Below, piece by piece: positions 49,051 to 60,699 of a stretch of 64,000 nucleotides of DNA (positions are counted from its first letter, which is position 1; each line of letters starts with the position of its first letter). The notes below the pieces were generated by a model that was not told where the DNA came from, ran no database searches, and saw nothing but the letters and a program-made list of their open reading frames with translations. The stretch comes from Leptogorgia sarmentosa (Eukaryota). Both the position numbers and the translations under genes were made by a program. The stretch covers positions 18,848,001 through 18,912,000 of the forward strand of contig OZ210885.1 in assembly GCA_964658305.1 (NCBI GenBank), read 5' to 3'.

Positions 49051-49326
49051 GATGACACCGCACCACCAACTGATGACACCATACCCTCATGTGAAAACAC
49101 CACACCGCCAACTAACGACACCACACCAACGACTCACGACACGACACCACCAACTGATGACACCACACCTCCATGTGACAATACCACACCACCAACTGAT
49201 GACACCACGCCACCATGTGACAACACCACACCACCAACCCACGACACCACACCACCATGTGACAACACCATGCCACCATGTGACGACACCACACCACCAA
49301 CTCATGACACCACACCACCAACTAAC
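49051..49326 (+). repeat. Coding 21-bp minisatellite (DTTPPxD heptads)
   Basis: About 13 gacaccacaccacca-like units, in frame, between the integrase and Ulp1 regions. Confidence 0.9.
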
Positions 49327-50265
49327 AGAGACAGAGCCCACAATGGTGTTGCCAGCAAACAAACGGACAAAAACGACAGCAAAAGCAGAGGTACCAACAA
49401 AACCACCACCTCAAGAAACACCAAGTCACAAAATGGTAGAAAAAAAAATCGGGAAGTGTTGCATTGTGCTGCAAATGCAAATCCAGGAAAGCTGGCTTTA
49501 ACCATATTGCAACAAAACTACTGGCTCACTGATGAACACATCGACCATGTGCAATGGTTAATTTCCAGGCAGTTTCCAGCAGTGAAAGGATTTCACTCTG
49601 TGTTGGCATTTGAAAGCAAACCCCCTAAAGTGGAGAAAGGACTGAAAGGATTTGTCCAGATTTTAAATGCTGGAGGATGTCACTGGGTGGTGGTCACCAA
49701 CATTGGATGTGAACAGAACAAAATAAAAGTGTATGACTCACTTTATCGAGAACTGTCAGCAAATGATAAAATGATCTTGGCAGCTTTGCTCAATACCACC
49801 TTCCCAAACATGATTATCGAATGGCCAAGAACGCAGAGACAGGAAGGTTTATCAGATTGTGCTCTTTTTGCTACTGCAGTTGCAATTAGTTTGTGCAGTG
49901 AACATGATCCAAGTGAGCAAACCTTCGATCAGAGTGTGATGAGAGAACACTTAGCCATGTGCTTCATGTGTGAAGAATTGGCTCTGTTTCCATTAACACA
50001 GTCCAATTGTGTGTTTAATGGAAGATTGGAAGAGACAGGGGCCGGTTGTATCAAAGGCGTTTAAGTCGCTATACACCGTTTAACTTGCTATCCGCCGGAT
50101 AAAATTTGAACGTTTGAGAAATTGCATTGTACGAATCCCGTTTAGCGCTATCCACCGGTTAATTTTTGCCTATTTACCGTGTAAACTTAAACGGTCTCAT
50201 GAGACCGTTTAAGTCGCTATACGGTGAATACTTATAGTTGTTGTTTTGTATTTCCCTTCTTGAAA

Positions 50266-51547
50266 ATGGCGTACCGATTACCTGGCATCCCTTTTTACGA
50301 TCTTCCACGAGTGAACAGACGAGCGGACAGACTTTTCAGACGTGAAATTGACAACATGTTACAATACTACGATGATAATGAGCTACGCAAACGATATCGT
50401 TTCGGCAGGCAAACCATCAACTATATAGTCAATCTTGTCCGAGACGAAATAAGTCCCGAAACAAATCGTAGTCACACAGTTTCAGCCACTAATCAAGTTT
50501 TAATAACACTTCGGTTCCTCGCATCAGGCAGCTTTCAACAAGTGACAGGAGATAGTCTCGCAAGCTTGGATAAGTCAACGGTTTCTCGAATAGTACGTCG
50601 TGTTACTGTTGCCTTATCTCGTAAGATGAACCAATTCATCAAATTCCCTCACAAGAAGAACGTGACACTGTGAAGCAAGGCTTTTACGAGATCGCCAATT
50701 TTCCCTGCGTGATCGGCTGCGTTGATGGCACACATATTAAGATCATTGCGCCCTCACAAAACGAGCCGGACTTTGTCAACCGAAAGAGGGTACACAGCAT
50801 AAATGTCCAGGGAATCTGTGACCACAAAGGTACAGAAAACATCTTTATTATCAATTCACTAAAAATATTGCTTCGTTGTTTGTTTTTGTAATTTTATGGT
50901 AGCAATGTAGCATGATACTCAGGCATAATTGTGGATGTAAATGATTACAATATTACTGTTATTACTCGAAGTGGAATAATTATGCAGAATTGAGTAAACA
51001 TCCAATTATGTTCAATATGCTCTCACACTGTGACGCAAATGCTCAGAAATTTTTCCCCTTTTTTATTACAGGAAAATTTACCAATGTTGTGGCCAAATGG
51101 CCAGGTTCAACCCACGACAGTCACATATTCCGCACATCATCTGTTGCACAAGACCTAGCAGGAACCCATCTAGAAAATGGTGTTCTCTTAGGTGACAGTG
51201 GGTATGCCTGCATGCCATTCTTAATGACCCCTTACCTGGAACCAGAAACCCAATCACAGCGGCGTTTCAACCGTGCCCACAGAGTAACAAGGTCTCTTAT
51301 CGAAAGAACCTTTGGCGTGTTAAAACGACGTTTCTATGTCCTTCATGGTCAAGTTCGAATGTGCCCTGAAAGGGTATGCGTCATTGTTGTTGCATGCTGT
51401 GTTCTGCACAATATTGCTATTGACTATAATGAGCCACTGCATGAAGAAGAGGAAGAGCCCTTAGTGGAGGAGAATATAAATATTCCATATAATGGTGTCA
51501 ATACAGGGGCAGCAGTCAGAGATCATATTGCAGCAACATACTTCTGA
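50266..51547 (+). pseudogene. Harbinger (HARBI1-like) DDE transposase; frameshift near 50650, intron 50830-51071
   Basis: GCVDGTH, WPGSTHDS, LGDSGY, IERTFGVLKRRF, CCVLHN. Confidence 0.9.
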
Positions 51548-51976
51548 TTTATTCAAATACTTCAATATAATTACATGTTCTTTAAATTTGAATGTTGAAA
51601 AATTGTCATAGATTGTAAACACATTAAAATTGGAAAATCATTAAATTATTAAAATATACATTTTAAGGCTGCATTATATAATATACAGTGTGTCAATAGG
51701 CAACATTTTGTAACAGCAAGTGGCAAACAGGCAGTGAGAAAAGGTTTATTTTTTATATTTAGTTTGAGTCCAAGTAATATAAGATCACAACAATATCTTT
51801 AGTCAAGTTAGTAACCTCAAATTTCACCATACATTTGCTGTCTACTCTAATGTTACTTATTGACCCATTTATGTTTTGTCATATTACTCACATCAAAAGA
51901 TTTCAAAATTTACCAAGCTTATTAGTATGTAACAACAAAAACATTTTCATGGTAATATAAAAAAAAAAGATTATTC

Positions 51977-53077
51977 CTAATCAACATTAGCTTTTGCTTT
52001 TATTTCAGCAACTTGTAGCTTCAACTTTGCTTGCAATAATTGCATGTTTTGAATTTCAACAGTAATTTTTTGTCTTTCCAACATAAGGACATTCAGTTGT
52101 GCCTCCTGTATGTCCTGTGTTGTTACCTTTCTTTTTTTCTTCTTGGGCTCCTCACTGCCCTCTTTTACTGAAATTGGCACTTTTGGTGCTACTTCAACCA
52201 TGGATGGTATTTCATCTGTCACAGATGATTCCTCAAAAGTGAATGGTGGTGAATGAGGTATGATAGCATCGTTAAATGATGGTGGTGCATTACCAATATC
52301 CGGGTTCACCAGATACAAAATGTCCCCAATTGTGTTCTCTTCAAGGGTATTTTCATTCAGGTCATCAAGATTTATGGTTGTTCCTACAACAAATACCAGG
52401 ACATTCATAAACAATGTTTCTTTGTTCAGGACTCATGACAAGAAAAGGAAAGGAAAATTATTTATGTTGTTACAACTACTAAGGCTATAACAGTGAAAAT
52501 AATTTATGTTGTTACAACCTACAACATCATGGACTAACTATAGAAAACTATCTTTAAATTCAAGATACAGAAATTAGTAACGAAATCTGTTCTCAACATA
52601 TAAACAGCAAGCGATAGACGCCCGCCATATTTATATTTTCCTTATCTCAGAGTCATAATTAATTAAATACACACACAGTCACATGAACTTACCAGAATCA
52701 ATCCCCCCTTTTATCCCGGAAAAACCAGGTTCATCACCAAATACCTCGATAATTCTCTGGCTGGTTGGCTTGAGAGTGTAATCTGGTTTTCCTCCTCCTG
52801 TTTTTTTCATTGCCTTGTTTTCTTTTACCATATCTTTTCGAGCTTCGCCTCTCATTGCTCGCCACTTTTCTCTTACATCGTTTGGTGTCCTTTTCGCAAC
52901 ACCAATTGCATTCACCCGGTTTGATATCATTTGCCATACTTCATTTTTCTTTTTGTTGGTCAAAGTTAACGAGAATTTTTCGCGGATGGTTTCAATATTT
53001 TGTTCCGCAAGGTCAAGAATTAACGCGCACTCAGCGGCAGAAAAGTTTGGCTTTCGCACTCTTTTTGTCGACTCCAT
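51977..53077 (-). CDS. Harbinger Myb/SANT-like accessory protein (2 exons)
   Basis: RKPNFSAAE...W...RTPNDVREKW...KTGGG; second exon within 51977..52414 has a coiled-coil tail. Confidence 0.85.
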
Positions 53078-53727
53078 TTTTCTTTTAAATTTCCCGCCCT
53101 TCCGCCACATAGCAACGCGTAGCAACCACCGTGAAAAACCGGTTTTATCTTGCTTTGACTGCTTTATCCTGCGGATAGTTAAACGCGTTGCTAAACAGGC
53201 TTCGTGCAACACGATTTTATCCGCTAGTTAACTATCCGCTGGATAGGAAATTTATATGTTGGATAGTGCTTACACGCCGTTTAAGTTAAACGCCTTTGAT
53301 ACAACCGGCCCCAGAAGAACTATTCTGCCATTGTAGGATGCCGTATACAGAAGGTGAATTCATGATTGAATGTTCAAGATGTTTGGGATGGTTCCACCGA
53401 TCATGTGACAATGTTCCTAAAACTGTTCGTGCAAATACCTCTTTTTATTGCATGAACTGTAAATAAGTTTGGCAAAATGTAATTTTGTAAATACTATATC
53501 TTTGTAAATATAAGTAAATTCATGTAACATTAAATTATTTAAAATGTAATTTTGTAAATACTATATTTTTGTAAATATAAGTAAATTCATGTAACAGTAA
53601 ATTATTTTACTTGTCATGAAGAAAGGTTATAACAGGTATATAGTGCAATTTTCAGCTAAGCTTGGAAACAAGCAGACAATTTGATTGATCATTGTCATTT
53701 TGATCATTGTCATTGAAATGCAATAGT

Positions 53728-54480
53728 TTCAGACCAGTCTCAATACTACGTCTCACCCCAAATTGGAGAGTGTTCAGACCAGTCTCGCTACTCGCCAGTC
53801 TGAGTTATCTCTTTCAAGAAATTATGACAGGAGATAACTCAGACTGGAGAGTATTGAGACTGGTCTGAATACTCCCCCAGTTTGGGGTATCTCCTGTCAT
53901 AATTTTTTAAGAGAGATAACTTAGGTTAGGGAGTATTGAGACTGGTCTGAATACTCCCCCAGTCTGGGGTATCTCCTGTCATTATTTTTTAAGAGAGATA
54001 ACTTGGGCTAGGGAGTATCGAGACTGGTCTGAATACTCCCCCAGTCTGGGGTATCTCCTGTCATAATTTTTTAAAAAATATAACTTGGGCTGGGGAGTAT
54101 CAAGACTGGTCTGAATACTCCTGGGCAGTCTGGGGTATCTCCTGTCATAATTTTTTGAAAGGGATAACTTTAAAAAAAATATGGCAGAGAACTAGGGACT
54201 GTTCAGACCAGTCTCGCTACTCACAAGTCTGAGTTATCTCGTTCAAAAAAATTATGACAGGAGATAACTCAGACTGGGGAGTATCGAGACTGGTCTGAAT
54301 ACTCCCCCAGTCTGGGGTATCTCCTGTCATAATTTTTTAAGAGAGATAACTTAGGCTAGGGAGTATTGAGACTGGTCTGAATACTCCCCATCTGGGGCAT
54401 CTCCTGTCATAATATTACAGAGAACTAGGGAGTGGTTCAGACCAGTCTCGAGACTCCCCAGTCTGAGTTATCTCTTAAAA
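53728..54480. repeat. Subterminal array of ~75-80 bp units (direct and inverted) at the Ginger right end
   Basis: Repeated gagactggtctgaatactcccccagtctggggtatctcctgtcat. The ggataactcagactgg motif recurs at ~54638 and ~60589. Confidence 0.8.
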
Positions 54481-55163
54481 AATACACAAAAATGATTATA
54501 TTTATAAAGAAATAGTAGGTAAATTACGATATTTAACGGACTTACAAATTTTTTACAAAAATGTGCCTTGATGAGAATACTTTTAAAATCTTTTTGTATA
54601 AAATAATCAAAGATATAAAAAAGCAGGATATAAACGGGGATAACTCAGACTGGGGGAGCGTTCAGGCCAGTTATATGGAATGCCAGAACTGTCTTATGTG
54701 GCCATTTTGCATTACATGTTGTTAATTTGTTGTTATATGGTATGCATTTCACTTTATATGCGGTCCATTCTTCGTTATATGTGGTGCTTTATTCATTATA
54801 TGCGGTCCATCCGTCATTGTATGCGGTGCTTTATTCGTTATATGTGGTGCTTTATTCGTTATATGCGGCGCTTTGTTCGTTATATGCGGTGCTTTGTTCG
54901 TTATATGCGGTGCTTTGTTCGTTATGCGGTTACTTCGTTATGTGGTAACTTTGTTATGCGGTAACTTCGTTATGTGGTAACTTCGTTATGTAGTAACTTC
55001 GTTATGCGGTAACTTCGTTATGTAGTAACTTCGTTATGCGGTAACTTCGTTATGTGGTAACTTCGTTATGCGGTTATAATATTATAAATAACATGACGTA
55101 CTTCAACATATCACACAGCGGGCTCAGAAAAGCTGTTGAAAGAAAAAGGCGTCTATTTCTGAC

Positions 55164-56525
55164 ATGAGGAAAGTTTTGGAAAACCTTGGATTTTCCTCAC
55201 TCACTGAACGTTTTATAGACCAACGTATTACTCCAGATATCGTTTCCAAACTTTCATTGTACGATTTCTATCAATTGGGTATGCATAACCACAGTGACAT
55301 CATGTCCTTGAGAATTGAGTGCACGAAGTATGGGACAGCCAAACCAACAAGGCATAATAATGGAAGAACACAAGCCGTGTTCGAAATACCGAAGGAGTTA
55401 TTGGAGAGTTTTCTTGAAGAAGATTTTCTTATCAGTGAAATTGCTACAATGCTATCCGTGTCTGAAAGCACTATATACCGTCGAATGAGGAGTTATGGGC
55501 TTAGCAAACATAGCTTTTCTGATATTTCTGATGAGGAGTTGGATGTTAATGTGAGTGCAATTGCCATGGAGTTTCCATTTTGCGGTGAAACTATTTTTAA
55601 ACAGTTGCTTAAAGGAAAAGGGATAAAGGTTCCAAGAAATCGACTTCGCGACTCCATACATCGAGTGGACAGCCAAGGTGTAGCGAGCAGAAAGAAAGGA
55701 AGGCTTCATCGCCGAATATACAATGTTAAAGGGCCTAACCATTTATGGCACGTTGATACCAATCATAAACTTGTAAGGTGGAATTTTATTATCGTTGGAG
55801 GAATAGATGGGTTCAGTCGATTGCCAGTTATGTTGGTTTGTACAAACAACAACAAAGCTGATACCCTGCTTTCGTGTTTTTTGGGTGCTGTGACTGAGTA
55901 TGGTTTACCAAGTAGGGTGAGGACTGACAAAGGCTTAGAGAACGTTCGTATTGCAGACTACATGATTGAGAAAAGATGAAGTGGTCGTGGAAGCATCATA
56001 AGTGGGCAGAGTACACACAATCAGAGGATTGAGAGATTATGGCGGGATGTGTTTCAAGGTGTTCTCTGCTATTATTATAATTTGTTTTATTTTCTTGAAG
56101 ATCAATCTCTGCTTGACCCACTAAATGATCAACATATAGCTGCTCTGCACAATACTTACATGCAGGAAATTAATGATAAACTGAACATGTGGCAACAAGC
56201 TTGGGCTAAGCACAGGATGCGAACAACCAGGACCAGCCCAATGAGATTATGGATTGCTGGACAAGCACAGAATCCAATTGGAGTGGTGGATCTGCTATTG
56301 GATGATTTATGGGAATATGGTGTGGAAGGCCATGTTGATAATGATGAAAATAATACAGAAGATGTCAGGCCAATTTTTTCTCCTCCACTTCTAATACTAA
56401 GCGAGAATTGCATGAGCGAACTCAGTTCCTTAGAAATAAATTCAAACAATTTTAGAGTAGAGCAATATGCTTCAGCACTACAAATCATTGAAAGGCACAC
56501 CCAAGTCTCTGATCACAATGTTTAA
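55164..56525 (+). pseudogene. SAM-HTH-integrase core (DDE) transposase; single in-frame TGA at 55977
   Basis: SEIATMLSVSESTIYRRM; GPNHLWHVDTNHKL...IDGFSR; RVRTDKGLEN; HNQRIERLWRDV. Confidence 0.9.
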
Positions 56526-56955
56526 AATGTGTAAAATCTTTAAAACAACCACCATTGGATGTAATAACAGAAAAATAATAGATGTAAATGGTAAATTAGG
56601 GATAGATGATTAGAGAAGTGATGGAGTGGTGGTGACTTGCAGAAGAAATATTTTTTCAAAACCAACATCTCCCTATTTAATGATTTTTTCACACTATGCC
56701 TTAAAGATGTTATCTTGATTTTCCTGGGGATCATTTTTTTGTTTTTGGCCTACCCCCATCACTTTTCTAATGGTCTGTCCTTAATGCAATTACGTTTATA
56801 TCGATCTAAAACGTAGACCAAAGTATTAACTTTAACTCAAATATTAACTTTAACTGGGTTATATGATATTATTATGTTCTTATTGTTCTAATCGCAATGT
56901 AGCAAACAGTAATAAAATTATTCCTTTCTATCACCGAAGAATGTTCTTCTAAAGT

Positions 56956-59900
56956 CTACATATTGCCAAAGTGGTTGCTACAAAATGCCTCATCATAAAG
57001 GCCAAATAAGACATCATCAGCTGGCAATTGCTTTGATGTATGGGATGCATATGGTAACATCATACAATTAATGCAGGTGTTGGCTGTGGGCAGGAATGAC
57101 TCCATTACTTCTACAAAGTGAATTGATGGAGCTATTTTAAATCCTAGCAAGGGCTCTTCATCACATGATGCTGCAAACTGGAGAATCCAACCTAACGTTA
57201 TGTCACCTCTTCTTCCAGCTATAGTAAAAAAAGTACACCATTATGTCCTGGAGAACCTGGTATTGGTTGTCCAAGTATAGATGCATGCCCTGGAATTCAA
57301 GTAGCCAATCAACTTGGTTGGCAAATTATATTAACAATAATGACAACTTGTTGAGATTGGAAATCAATGTATTACATTATTACACTTGGATAAAATATCT
57401 TTGTGGCTTTATTACTGTGTGGTGACCATAATCTAGCAAAGCTTACCTGCAACTTCTCGCATATATTTGCACAGTAGTGCATAAACAGAAGCTTCATATC
57501 TTCTCTTATTTGATCCATCTGGACTAAATTGTGGCACCAGTAATGTATGAATCTTTCGTAACGTAAGAATGGATGATGGATTTGGCTTAAAAATCTCCCG
57601 TAGTGATGGAATTTGCTGACATAGCTAAAAATAAGCATTGTGAAATTTATAAGAGAGACAACACCATAGATGACAGTTTTCCTTGGCTAATTGGATGATG
57701 ATGATGATGGTGATGGTGATGGTGATGATGATGATGACAGAACATTTACAGTATTCTACCTGGAATATGCCAATTTTTTCCAGTCCTTTAATCAGATTTT
57801 GTAAGGCATTACATTTAACATCTGACTCAAACATTTCTGTTAATACATCATCTGATAAAAACTGAGGGAGTTTGCCATTTTGTAGTATACTGAGGCCTAT
57901 AAGGGTAAGAATGATAATTAAACATAGCAGTAGAGCATATGACAATGTACCTCGAAATTGTCAGGAGGTAGCAGCACTGTGCCCTCATAATAAATTACAC
58001 ACAACTTGGCATGAATCCAAATTTCAATATGAATAATTCATCTAACCATATGCTAAGGGTACTTGAAGTATTAATTCATTCCGTTATCAAAATTTCTTAT
58101 ATAACTTTTTCCGGCCTAGCAATGCACTGTGGCTATGAACTTACCCATTATCAGTCCAACACAGATATATTCATCTGCTAAAAGGGCACGCAAGCCTTTA
58201 TCGAAATATTTGTTCTTAATCTCTAACAGAATTAGACGGAAGAATTCTTTTCGTGGACCTCCGTAATCCTGCGCTACCTATAAAATAATAATAAATTATA
58301 TAAAGAATGAAATTTTAAAGTCAGTTATTCAAGCAAATAGAACAGGGCCTTTGAAAGATTTTTTACATGCATCACTTCACACAATTTTTACATAGAATAT
58401 AAAGGTGGCTCATGGTTACTACCCAGGGCAATTTTGGAATCTGGCAATGAATCCTGCAAATGGATAAAAACCAAAGAGATGAACATTTTTTTGGAATTTG
58501 TCTTTCCATCTAGTGACAGACTGAAGTCTATAGTACTGTATTTCAAACCAAAACATGAAGTTCAAGGGTAATATCCAGATTATAAAATGTGAAAAATTTT
58601 TCCATGTTTTACAAGAAACAGGACTTTTACTGGGGGGCTGTTGGTGGGTGGAAACAAAATAGGAGCTTTAATAAAAAATACTGGTGCAGTGACAAAAAAT
58701 ATTCAATACTGGTGGAGGTCTATTCTAAACTAGAGGGCAAACTGCAAAGGATGGTTTTGAACAGTAATATGGGCTTGTTGCTTCCTCTAGTTATTACTTA
58801 CTATATATTAAAAGGGATTTGGAATAGAATTTGCCAAAGAAAACCTGCAGAAAAAGTTCAATTATAATTAAAATATAATTACCTCCCCATAAAATTGGAC
58901 CTCTAAAGTGAGAAATAGATTTTCCAATCCAGCAATTTCTTCCATTCCAGTCTCCAAAATATTGAAACGGTCAACCAAGATGTAATTGGTTGCTCCTTCT
59001 GGACAAGAATCCTCATTTTCAATTTCCAGACTTCTTCCTTGTACAACTTTAGATTGCATCAAACGTATAACCTCTTTAGTAGTGGAAATTTGGTTTTCTT
59101 GGCAATGATATACAATACCACTCACAATACTGTTGATGTCTTCAACTACTGGCAATTGGTTGGTAATCTCAGTTGGAAACTCATTGTGGCATCCCTGGCA
59201 CATTTCCTTTACATTAACAACAGTTTCAGGTTTAACAGGCTTGGTTGAAAGGCTACGCTGTATTGGTCGAACATAGATCTTTGACTGACCTCCAAGGTTT
59301 GCTTTAAGATGTTTGACAGACCACTGACACTTGATGATTGTCAGCCGTCGGCAATTTGATTGGCATTGAAGAAGTTCAAATCCTCCGCCATCCCGGAGTT
59401 GTGGAAATCCCATGGTGATGGTCTCCTCATCTGTCGATTTCTCTGCAGACATAAGCTTTTCCGCAAATTGCTCTTCGTTGTCGCTTAGCAAAAATTTTAT
59501 TTTTTTCAGTCCTAAGCCTGCATTGTAAAGGACTTGTTTGGCACTGGCGGTGGGTAGGGTAGTTTGTTGGCGGTCTGCCAAGCAAAATACATTCGCAGTC
59601 CATGCTCTTCTGGCAGGCTCTGATGCCTTTCTCTTTCGAGATCTTTCTGTTCCTCTGGCATGGCGAGGGTTGAACAATCTCGCACGTTCGGCTGCGACTG
59701 AAGCAGCGGATGGGACACGGTAGGTAGATCCTGACGATGTCGCTTGTGATGTCGACGTCGACGCTGTGGTTTCTGGAGGATTGGAACCACTATGACTATT
59801 GCCATTGGAACCGTTCGTGTTTTTACAAACTGTGCGAAGACGAACACGATCCCCTATCGTTGTAACGCCAAGTCGGGTTAACTCTGCATCTGTCATCGTT

Positions 59901-59983
59901 AACACTAGTTCTGGCTCGACCCTTTCTTCTTTAAACCGCTCAAGCAAAGTCTGAAGGCCTGCTGCTTCGAGTACTTTATCCAT
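56956..59983 (-). CDS. SAM-domain HECT E3 ubiquitin ligase-like protein, 5 exons
   Basis: Exons approximately 59983-58883, 58277-58145, 57896-57760, 57625-57447 and 57218-56956 with GT-AG ends. Motifs VQFYGE|VAQDYGGPRKEFF, WILQFAA, FLPTANTC, HFGNM*. Confidence 0.85.
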
Positions 59984-60584
59984 GTTGCCGCATGCATATA
60001 AAGCAGCCTTCGGCAGGACGTAAAACCACTGATAAAATATTCCGCACGAAGTTTTTCTGAGCCCGCTGTGTGATATGTTGAAGTACGTCATGTTATTTAT
60101 AATATTATAACCACATAACGAAGTTACCGCATAACGAAGTAACCGCATAACGAAGTTACCGCATAACGAAGTTACTACATAACGAAGTTACCACATAACG
60201 AAGTTACCGCATAATGAAGTTACCGCATAACGAAGTTACCGCATAACGAAGTTACGCATAACGAAGTTACCGCATAACGAAGTTACCGCATAACGAAGTA
60301 ACCGCATAACGAAGTTACCACATAACGAACAAAGCACCGCATATAACGAACAAAGCACCACATATAACGAATAAAGCACCGCATATAATGACGGATGGAC
60401 CGCATATAATGAATAAAGCACCTCATATAACAAAGAATGGACCGCATATAAAGTGAAATGCATACCATATAACAACAAATTAACAACATGTAATGCAAAA
60501 TGGCCACATAAGACAGTTCTGGCATTCCATACAGTTAGCTACGTGCTCAGCGGTCCGCTGTTTTCGCGCGTGCGCAGATGATCA

Positions 60585-60629
60585 AAAGGGATAACTCAGA
60601 CTGGCGGAATGCTGAGACCGTGACACCGG
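60585..60629. mobile_element. Probable right terminus of the Ginger1 element
   Basis: ...gagaccgtgACA|CCGG. A TGT..ACA end and a CCGG target match what I recall for Ginger1, and it shares the subterminal motif. Confidence 0.6.
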
Positions 60630-60699
60630 GAAACAGTTTTGTAATATATAGTCTCAAGAAAAAATAGGCCCTTCCTCGTGAAAACGCGTACCAAAATGT

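Larger units (their letters stand above)
50039..53311. mobile_element. PIF/Harbinger element
   Basis: TIR gggccggttgtatcaaaggcgtttaa; 3-bp TSD CAG; convergent nuclease and Myb/SANT genes. Confidence 0.93.
38823..53466 (+). pseudogene. Ginger1 transposase gene (Gypsy-like integrase, GPY/F, Ulp1, PHD), multi-intron, disrupted
   Basis: Exon 1 is restored by removing the 39011-46012 insert (KNQQRVVRGQA|KNYVL). HHCC region 46266-46640; VGMDLI, SDQGREF, YHPQTNGLDER; WMGPYR; Ulp1 (CHWVV, YDS, QRQEGLSDC); PHD at 53315-53466. No RT and no LTR. Confidence 0.85.
54674..60531. mobile_element. IS3EU-like DNA transposon copy 3, near intact (5.86 kb)
   Basis: About 460-480 bp TIRs (54674-55131 and 60053-60531) starting TATGGAATGCC, with internal taacttcgttatgcgg arrays; 6-bp TSD CAGTTA. 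Confidence 0.92.

Noticed and set aside
50266..51547. Host HARBI1 gene
   Set aside because: It lies within TIRs and a TSD, has a Myb/SANT partner and carries a frameshift.
53728..55075. Regular repeats resembling a CRISPR array
   Set aside because: The units are tandem without unique spacers, there are no cas genes, the context is eukaryotic, and they are transposon subterminal/TIR arrays.
55164..56525. Bacterial IS3/IS481 element or contamination
   Set aside because: The partner gene has GT-AG introns and the element is inserted with a TSD inside eukaryotic repeats.
57683..57865. Poly-Met ORF
   Set aside because: It is a GAT/GGT microsatellite in an intron of the minus-strand HECT gene.
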